Assembly (NCBI GenBank): GCA_965203355.1
Contig: OZ241889.1
Span: 3,104,001-3,168,000, forward strand
Direction: 5' to 3'
DNA: 64,000 nucleotides
Origin: Candidatus Latescibacterota bacterium
GTDB taxonomy: Bacteria > Latescibacterota > UBA2968 > UBA8231
The position numbers and the translations under genes were made by a program. This document shows positions 56,957 through 64,000 of this stretch, piece after piece (position 1 is the stretch's first letter; every line of letters begins with the position of its first letter). The notes beneath the pieces were generated by a model. The model was given only the letters and a program-made list of their open reading frames with translations, searched no databases and had not been told where the DNA came from.

Positions 56957-57985
56957 ATGCAGCCATTCGATAGCTACGCCGACCTGCTCACCCATATCCA
57001 AGACAACGGCCACACCCCGCACTTCCTCGGCCGCGCACCCGACGGACAGCCCATTGTCGCGGTCAAAAGCGGCGGCGACAAAACACCGGCCATTTTCATC
57101 AGCGCCGGTAGCCATGCCACCGAGCAAGCGGGCGTCAGTGCGGCCTGCGCCCTTATCGACGAGATCGAGACTGAGCACCAACTCTACACCATGCCCAGCC
57201 GCGACCCCATCGGCATGAACGGCTTGGCCTACGCGCTCGGCCTAAGCCTAGACGAAGCCCCAGCCCTCGGCGGCCTCGACGACGTCGCCCCCTTGCTCAA
57301 AAAGCGCGGCCAAGTCCTCTATGAAAAAGGCGATACCGCGGTCGCCATCATCGGCGAGTACGGCTACGCGACCCACAACTTGTACCACCGATCGGTGGCG
57401 GCTTGGATCGAGGCACTCAAGGGCCGTCGGCTCTACTTTGCCGCCAGCAATCCCGGCGTCAACCGCGCGTACACGCTGGTAATCAACCCCGCTGGCGAAG
57501 TCCTCCACCTCAACCGCTTTCACGACACTTCTTGGGCACCCGTCGAGTCGCGCTGTACCCGCGACCTAATGGCCGTCATCCAGCCCGGTTTGACGCTCGA
57601 CCTCCACGAGCACGGGGGCGACTTCTTCTGGTTTTCGGCGCGGCATCAGCGCACGCCCAGCGACCAAGAGTGGGAAGAGCGCATGGCCGACGCTATGATC
57701 GCCGCCGTCGCCGCCTCGGGCGCCGCCCTGCCACCAGCCGACTATGTACCTGGCGCGTTTTTTACCCGAGGGCCGCACGGGGTCTTCTGGCTCAACGCGG
57801 CCCAGCGCGGCGAAGGACTCAACCTCGCCGACTTCGCGGCTCGTACCTACGGCCCCGCATTCACCATTGAAACCGGCATGGCCCTGAGCTTTGCCGACCG
57901 AGTCCATGCCTCCAAGCTAGCGGCGAAAAAGGCCGTAGAGGTGTTTGCAGAGCACCACGCCGGATGCCGGTCGGCCACGCCCTAA
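56957..57985 (+). CDS. M14-like zinc carboxypeptidase/deacylase family protein
   Basis: GSHATE (HxxE), LNR, LDLHE and FTIET motifs. Confidence 0.7.
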   Translation: MQPFDSYADLLTHIQDNGHTPHFLGRAPDGQPIVAVKSGGDKTPAIFISAGSHATEQAGVSAACALIDEIETEHQLYTMPSRDPIGMNGLAYALGLSLDEAPALGGLDDVAPLLKKRGQVLYEKGDTAVAIIGEYGYATHNLYHRSVAAWIEALKGRRLYFAASNPGVNRAYTLVINPAGEVLHLNRFHDTSWAPVESRCTRDLMAVIQPGLTLDLHEHGGDFFWFSARHQRTPSDQEWEERMADAMIAAVAASGAALPPADYVPGAFFTRGPHGVFWLNAAQRGEGLNLADFAARTYGPAFTIETGMALSFADRVHASKLAAKKAVEVFAEHHAGCRSATP

Positions 57986-59223
57986 GCCGCTTTCGGCTGC
58001 GGGAATTCAACCGCAATGTCCGGCTGTTCTTCGCTTTTGGCACCTCAATCAACGCCGGCATGGCGCTTTTTTCTCTGCTGTACAATCTCTATCTACTGCG
58101 CCTGAGCTACCAAGAGGACTTCATCGGCCAAGTCGCCAGCATGGCACCGCTGGCGACCGGCCTATTGGCCCTACCCACCGGCATCCTGAGCGACCGCCTC
58201 GGCCGCCGCCCCTTCCTCATAGCCTCGGGGCTGCTGCTGGCTATCTCCCAGTTGGGCCTGTGCTTGACCACGGCGTCGGGCGCACTGCTGGCGTTTTCGT
58301 TTGTCGGCGGCGTGGCCATGGCCTTCGTCTGGGTCAACCACGTGCCCTTCCTCTCGGACAACGCCCACCCAGCGCGCCGCGCCGAAGCCCTCGCCATCTG
58401 GTCGGCCCTGCAAATAGTCGTCCGCATGCTCTTAAGCCTAATCGGCGGCTTCATGCCCGGGGTCATGGGCTACTTTCTCGGCCTTTCCACCGAGGCCCCC
58501 GCGCCCTTCCGCTACGCGCTGCTACTCGGCGCGGCGTGTTCGCTCATCGCCATCGTGCCGCTATTATACGCATCCGGTCAAGCCCGCCGCGCCAGAACAC
58601 CCGCGTCAGCCCGAGCGCCAGAGGCGGACGCGCCGACAGCCCCACCGTGGCGCGTCTTTGCCGCTATCACCGCCTTGAGCGGCACGCGCGGCTTCTCCAT
58701 GGGGCTGACGTACCCGTTCTTCAATGTGTTCTTCGAGGCTGAGTTAGGGGTCGGTCCGGCCGCGATCGGCGCCATTTTCTTCCTCAGCCAACTCGCCGGC
58801 CTACCAGCGACCTTTGCCGCGCCAACGCTGGTGCGCCGCTTCGGTCCGACGCTGACCATCCTTCCATCCCGCATTATGGGCGGCAGTGCCCTCGGGGTCA
58901 TGGGGGCCTTTATCAGCCTGCCGTTGGCCGTATCCATGTTCCTGCTCGTGCGCATCGGCGAAGTCATCGACAACCCGTCCGATCAGCACTTCTCCACCCA
59001 AGTGCTGCCCCGGCGCTTCTGGGCGCGCATCCAGGGCCTCCGCGTTTGTGGCTTCCAGCTTATGAACTTCCTCGGCAGCCTCATCGGCGGCATACTCATT
59101 CTCGACTATGGCTACGGGGCCGTTTTTGGCTTGGCTTGCGCGTCTCGTATTGCGAGCGGCCTGATCATGGCGGCTTTCTTCGGGCTGCGGCCAACGCGCT
59201 CCCTCGCAAGCGAACACCCATAG
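57964..59223 (+). CDS. MFS transporter
   Basis: About 12 TM helices; motif A GILSDRLGRR. Confidence 0.9.
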   Translation: MPVGHALSRFRLREFNRNVRLFFAFGTSINAGMALFSLLYNLYLLRLSYQEDFIGQVASMAPLATGLLALPTGILSDRLGRRPFLIASGLLLAISQLGLCLTTASGALLAFSFVGGVAMAFVWVNHVPFLSDNAHPARRAEALAIWSALQIVVRMLLSLIGGFMPGVMGYFLGLSTEAPAPFRYALLLGAACSLIAIVPLLYASGQARRARTPASARAPEADAPTAPPWRVFAAITALSGTRGFSMGLTYPFFNVFFEAELGVGPAAIGAIFFLSQLAGLPATFAAPTLVRRFGPTLTILPSRIMGGSALGVMGAFISLPLAVSMFLLVRIGEVIDNPSDQHFSTQVLPRRFWARIQGLRVCGFQLMNFLGSLIGGILILDYGYGAVFGLACASRIASGLIMAAFFGLRPTRSLASEHP

Positions 59224-59252
59224 TTGAAACGCGCTTTTACCGCAAAAAATAA

Positions 59253-59384
59253 GATAGTGGTACGTTTTGAGATTTAGCTTTACTCCCGTTGCACGGGTCG
59301 CTCTCGCTCTGCCTGAACCCCGGCGACCCAAGCCCGACCTCAACCGGACCGCGACAATTGGAGATTGCAAAACGCATCACGACC
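59253..59384. mobile_element. MITE-like element, copy 3 (longest)
   Basis: GATAGTGGTACGTTTTG / CAAAACGCATCACGACC ends; shared core with copies 1 and 2. Confidence 0.65.
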
Positions 59385-59544
59385 GAATGATTTGGTCTAA
59401 TCCCGCTTTGGCAGTACAGGGTAGTTGCCGACATGGACAATAGAAATGGGACCCGGCGTCGTGGACGGCGGGCAAACCTGTGCGCTGTCTAATTCCTAGC
59501 ATGGACAATAGACAGTGCGTTGTCTAATTCCCGACATGGACATC

Positions 59545-59796
59545 CCAGAACATTGAGGTCCCATTTCCATAACTCGCCAACATCGTGCCGTGTATGCTAC
59601 TTGAGCAGCAGCATCTTGACGGCGAGGAAATCACCGCCCGCTTGCAAGCGGTCCTCTAGGCTGTCGATCTGACGTTCATAAGAAAATGGGACCCCAGAAA
59701 ACTAAGGTCCCATTTTCGTAACTTGCGGTGCCGCGTATGCTACTTGAGCAGCAGCATCTTCTTGATGTCGAGGAAGTCGCCGCCCGCCTGCAAGCG
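59545..59796 (-). repeat. REP/terminator hairpin plus orphan C-terminal tip downstream of paralog B
   Basis: Orphan RLQAGGDFLAVKMLLLK* at 59597-59650 and an AAAATGGGACC...GGTCCCATTTT hairpin at about 59684-59716. Confidence 0.8.
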
Positions 59797-62700
59797 GTAG
59801 AAGTACATCCCGGACGACACGCTCTGGCCACTATCGTTGGTCGCGTCCCACTCCACCGCATAGCGACCCGCCGCCTGATGCTCGGCGACCAGCGTCCGAA
59901 TCGGCTGACCCAGTACATTATACACGGTCAGCCCCACGTCCGCCGCCTGCGGCAACGCATACTGAATCGTTGTCTGCGGATTGAACGGGTTGGGATAGTT
60001 AGCTGCCAATGAGAACACGGCCGGGCGCGTCTGTAACGACACCGGCGCGGGCAATGCCAGTCGGTTGAAGCCCAACGCCCGGTCATACGTCTGGCTGTCG
60101 GTGATTTCGAGAGTCGTGTGTGCAATCTCGGTCGTCGGACGGAAGACCAAGCGCAATATCAACTCGCCGTCCGAAACGACGTCACCGTGGGCGGCTACCG
60201 TCAACACGCCAGCCTGATCGGCCAGCACCTGCGGCGTAGCAAACGCGCTCCCGCCCAGCGGCTGATCGGTCCGCGCCTCGACGAAGGTTAGCTGGTCGGC
60301 GTCATAGGCTATCTGCAAGCCGTAGCCTTTGACCGCCACGAAGTCGGCTAACCGCACATTAACGATGAACTCTTCTCCCACGCTCGGCAGTTCTGTCGGC
60401 GCGTCCAGATACAGCCGCGCGTCCCCGTTCAGCCCGGTCCGCAGCGGCACCGGCTTGCCCGCCGCAGCCACGCTGCGACCGAAATGGTCGGCCAACACGA
60501 AGAAGTCGTCGAAGTCAATCGTCCCATTCGGGGCCAAGTCAAACGCTGGATCAAAACCCGCGTCGCCTGCCGTCAAGCCGAAGCGGTCGGCCAACACGAA
60601 GAAGTCGTCGAACCCGATACGATGGTCGGCGCCGAACAGCCCCAACAGAGCCTGCCCTTGGCTATCGGCCACCCGGTTGCGCACGGCCAACGCGGTATGC
60701 TCAACCGAATCGGTCTCGTTGTCTAAGTCGAAAGGCCGCACCTGATAGGTGTAATGCACCCCATGCTGCGCCGTCTCATCGACGAAGGACGCTACCCCAG
60801 ACGACACCTCGGCGACCACGGAAAACGCTTCTTCCCCGACCGCCCGGCGATAGATGCGGTAGCCATGCACACCGACGACCGGCTCGACTGGCGCCGGGCC
60901 TAGTGCTCCGGCCACGACCCCTTGCAGCACCTGATCCGACGGCGACAGCGTCCACGTCAGCGCGATGCGACCGCCCTGATCGTCCGGTGCATCCAACACC
61001 TGCAACGCCGACACGGCCAACGGCGCGATGTCGTCAGTCGCCCGCACAGCCTCGGCCGTCCAAGTAATCGACGAACTCAGCACACTACTGACGACATTCA
61101 GCTTCGGTGCCACGCCGCGAGCGTAAGCCAATGCGTCCGGCAGCAACGATGCCAACACCGGCCCCTCACCGCCCTGCGCGGCGGTGCGGCTGGCTTGCAG
61201 CGTCTTCGCCATCTGCGCGTAAGGCTGCGTCAAATCACCCGCCTCGACGAACACGGCTTTGGCCGCATGATGCGTGGTGCGCCCCCCGCGCTCGGCGGCA
61301 ATGCCCCAGCGCGTCGAGACGTTGTCCAGCGTCGCCACGATAGCGCGGCCCATCGCCACGCCAGGCACGGCATCCACGTGCGCCCACGGCACCATCTCAT
61401 TTTCCAGCACCGGCAAGGCGCGGAAAATGCGATAGCCGTCCAGTGACTTATGATCAGCCGATAGTTCCCAAGACAGCATCACGAAACCGCCTTGGTCGCC
61501 TTGGCCGTCCGCACCTTTGTAGTCCTCGGCGACCAGGTTGGTCGGCGCCGACAGCGGCGGCTCCACCACCGCCATGCTCAACGGCAGGGACTGACTCGCG
61601 CCGCTGGCATCTACGACCGTGTAGGCCGCAACCGTCTCGCCCATCGTCGTCGGCGTCCCCGAAATCGTCCGGGTGGCCGGGTCAAACGACAGACCCGCTG
61701 GCAAACCCGACACGCTATACGTCAGCGGCGGGGTGCCCCCGGAGACCGCCGGCAACGTCAGGTTTGCTGGCACACCGACGGTGAATTGAATCATGTTGTC
61801 GGTGTGCGAATCGGCCGGATTGGCCTTGCCAGCACCGCTGTTGAGACCGAACAACGAACTCAGGTCGCCAAAGTCCAGCATCGCGTTGACTGTAATCGTG
61901 AACGTCAGCGAGACGCTTTCGGTGCCAGCCATCGCCGTGTAGGTGACCTCAACGGCCCCATCGGTCGCCGCGTCCGGTGTGCCGGAAATCGTCCGGGTCG
62001 CCGCGTCAAACGACAGCCCGGTCGGTAGCCCCGACACGCTATACGTGATGGCCCCCTCGCCGCCCAACGCCACCGGCAGGACCAACGGCGTAATCGCCGT
62101 GCCCGCCGTATAGGCATGTGCGGCAATCGAAGTGCCCTCGACGAAAGACAAGGGGATCATCGTCTCCCTATCGCCGTCATTATCGTCCATCATCCCGCTG
62201 TCTGTGTCGGTCAGCACCAGCGTCGCCGAACCCGCCGTCAAGCCCGGCAGCATCGCGTTGAGCACCACCGTCTCGTCGCCTTCGGCCATGCCGTCGGCCG
62301 TCGGATCGATCAGCAGGCGCGTCGAACCCATAATCGAACCGGCGGCAATGGTAATCGTCGGATTGAACAGCGCCGAGTAGTCCAAATCGCGCGCGGCACT
62401 CGAAGCCTCGTCAATCGAGACGGAGACCGTCGCGGCCTCGGCCAACGGCTTGCCGTCCAGCGCGGCCATGACCATCACTTCCGTCAATTCCGCCGACTCG
62501 CTGAGCGCGCTCGGCATCACCGACAGCACCAAAGACGTGCTCGGCGTCTCGTCGTCGGAAATCCGCAGGTCCACCTGCCCCCAGCCGCCCGAAGCCGCCG
62601 CCCGAACCCCCAAGTGCTTATGACCATCCGCCGAAGCGTTGTCGATGGGCGACAGGAAAAGCGTCGTCCAACCCATCGTCTCGCCAGCCGCAATGGTGAT

Positions 62701-64000
62701 CGTCCCCGCTAATGTCGCGGTGTAATCCACGTCGCGGGTGGCCGCCGCTCCGCTGGCCGGCGGCACAATCGTGAAGCGGACCCGCTCGGCGGCTGGAGCC
62801 GCGCCCGACAAGGTCGCTGTAATTCGGATTTCAGCCGTCTCGCCGTTTTCGCGCACGGCCGATTGCGAAGCCATCACGCTGGCGACGCCCACAGTGACCG
62901 GCGCGGCTTCACTCACCGTGATGGTGAAGGTCTTTGCGCCGCTGTCGCCATCGCTATCGACCGCCACATAGAGGACCGAGGCCATGCCCGCCAGCGTCGG
63001 CGTACCCGAAATCGTCCGGGTCGCCGCGTCAAACGACAGACCCAGCGGCAGGTCCGACGAGACCTTGTACATCAGCGTTCCTTGCCCGCCCGTGGCCGCG
63101 GGCAAAACCTCGCTAAACGCTTGACCCACCGTCGCTTCAAAGGCTAACGCGGCAGTGCCGAAACTCGGCCTTCCCGTGTCCGCGGTCGTATCCGAAGAAC
63201 CAGAATCATCCATCTTCGCCGCGTCTTTCAGCGTGATCTTCGTGGTACTGACCGCGATCTTGTCGTCGTCTTGGTTCTTGAGATTGTCCGTGAGCTGCTT
63301 GATCGTGATCGTCTCGTCGTTGTCGTCTTTCCCGTCGTTGACCGGCGTGACCGTGATCGTCGTCGAGCCGGTGATCTCGCCGCGCGGAATTGTCAGCGAG
63401 CTAAGCACCGCCGTGTAATCCACGTCCCGCGTTGCCGACTTGTCCGGTGTGCGATCCACGACCAACGTGATAGTCGCCGCCGCGTCGAGCACCTTGCCGT
63501 CTAACGTGCCGGTCACCGTCACCGTCGTCGCCCCGGCGTCCTCTTTGATTTCGCTCGGATTGACCGACAGCGTGATGTTCTCGCTCAGCGTCTCATCGTC
63601 CGTGATCTTGAACTCCACCGTATCCATCTGAGACGCTTCGGTGCCGACCTTCGCTATCACATCGAACGTCCACGGATTATTCACACCGCTGTTGTTCACC
63701 GGCGCGACCCGCAGCGTCGCCGTGCCTTTGGTGTCGCCGGCCGGGATCGTCAAGCCCTCAATGACCTCCACCTCGTAATTCACATCGCGCGTCCCCTCAC
63801 CCGCCACGATCTGAAAGTCCACCGCCTTCGCGCCGGTTAAGGCTTTCTCCAATTCAACCGTCATCGCAATGTCCCTCGTCCCCCCTTCCTCGCGGATCAT
63901 CTTCGGACTCAGCGTAAAGTCCTTGATCTGCGCAACCGCAACGTCCTCAATCGTGATTTTGCCGGGGTTGACCTTAACCTGAAAGGCAAAAGAGTCCACA
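59740..64000 (-). CDS. Giant secreted surface protein, paralog B (5'-truncated by window edge)
   Basis: The visible 1419 aa align almost residue for residue with the C-terminal part of 10171-15837. Confidence 0.9.
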   Translation of the reverse strand, partial: VDSFAFQVKVNPGKITIEDVAVAQIKDFTLSPKMIREEGGTRDIAMTVELEKALTGAKAVDFQIVAGEGTRDVNYEVEVIEGLTIPAGDTKGTATLRVAPVNNSGVNNPWTFDVIAKVGTEASQMDTVEFKITDDETLSENITLSVNPSEIKEDAGATTVTVTGTLDGKVLDAAATITLVVDRTPDKSATRDVDYTAVLSSLTIPRGEITGSTTITVTPVNDGKDDNDETITIKQLTDNLKNQDDDKIAVSTTKITLKDAAKMDDSGSSDTTADTGRPSFGTAALAFEATVGQAFSEVLPAATGGQGTLMYKVSSDLPLGLSFDAATRTISGTPTLAGMASVLYVAVDSDGDSGAKTFTITVSEAAPVTVGVASVMASQSAVRENGETAEIRITATLSGAAPAAERVRFTIVPPASGAAATRDVDYTATLAGTITIAAGETMGWTTLFLSPIDNASADGHKHLGVRAAASGGWGQVDLRISDDETPSTSLVLSVMPSALSESAELTEVMVMAALDGKPLAEAATVSVSIDEASSAARDLDYSALFNPTITIAAGSIMGSTRLLIDPTADGMAEGDETVVLNAMLPGLTAGSATLVLTDTDSGMMDDNDGDRETMIPLSFVEGTSIAAHAYTAGTAITPLVLPVALGGEGAITYSVSGLPTGLSFDAATRTISGTPDAATDGAVEVTYTAMAGTESVSLTFTITVNAMLDFGDLSSLFGLNSGAGKANPADSHTDNMIQFTVGVPANLTLPAVSGGTPPLTYSVSGLPAGLSFDPATRTISGTPTTMGETVAAYTVVDASGASQSLPLSMAVVEPPLSAPTNLVAEDYKGADGQGDQGGFVMLSWELSADHKSLDGYRIFRALPVLENEMVPWAHVDAVPGVAMGRAIVATLDNVSTRWGIAAERGGRTTHHAAKAVFVEAGDLTQPYAQMAKTLQASRTAAQGGEGPVLASLLPDALAYARGVAPKLNVVSSVLSSSITWTAEAVRATDDIAPLAVSALQVLDAPDDQGGRIALTWTLSPSDQVLQGVVAGALGPAPVEPVVGVHGYRIYRRAVGEEAFSVVAEVSSGVASFVDETAQHGVHYTYQVRPFDLDNETDSVEHTALAVRNRVADSQGQALLGLFGADHRIGFDDFFVLADRFGLTAGDAGFDPAFDLAPNGTIDFDDFFVLADHFGRSVAAAGKPVPLRTGLNGDARLYLDAPTELPSVGEEFIVNVRLADFVAVKGYGLQIAYDADQLTFVEARTDQPLGGSAFATPQVLADQAGVLTVAAHGDVVSDGELILRLVFRPTTEIAHTTLEITDSQTYDRALGFNRLALPAPVSLQTRPAVFSLAANYPNPFNPQTTIQYALPQAADVGLTVYNVLGQPIRTLVAEHQAAGRYAVEWDATNDSGQSVSSGMYFYRLQAGGDFLDIKKMLLLK

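Overview
GC-rich bacterial genomic window. The gene content points to an FCB-superphylum lineage such as Ca. Latescibacterota (inference): many sulfatases, PhyH dioxygenases, Gfo/Idh/MocA oxidoreductases, and secreted proteins ending in an FlgD-Ig/T9SS-like NYPNPFNP...K domain. Housekeeping and catabolic genes are interrupted by accessory blocks. (i) An ABC/TolC export region with a clear sigma54 promoter. (ii) Two direct-repeat paralogs of a giant Calx-beta/He_PIG/dockerin/cohesin surface protein (10171-15837 and 59740->64000), each followed by orphan copies of its own C-terminal tip and a MITE. (iii) A defence-like island with type I RM (hsdRMS), an XRE-ImmA regulator plus PIN protein, and a divergent ubiquitin-like operon (Ubl, E2-like, JAB-E1 fusion). 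(iv) An AAA_21 ATPase / DUF4276-like pair. (v) An operon of three dynamin-like GTPases plus a glycine-zipper membrane protein. The most novel-looking signal is a shared 300-bp leader cassette upstream of both the giant surface protein and the dynamin operon. It encodes a homologous leader ORF containing a poly-C (poly-Pro) tract, and tract length decides whether translation runs on to the downstream start codon. As assembled it is OFF at the surface protein (17 C) and ON at the dynamins (13 C), which suggests a portable phase-variation switch based on translational coupling. No rRNA, tRNA, CRISPR array, integrase or transposase gene was recognised. Family assignments come from motif recognition by eye, not database searches.
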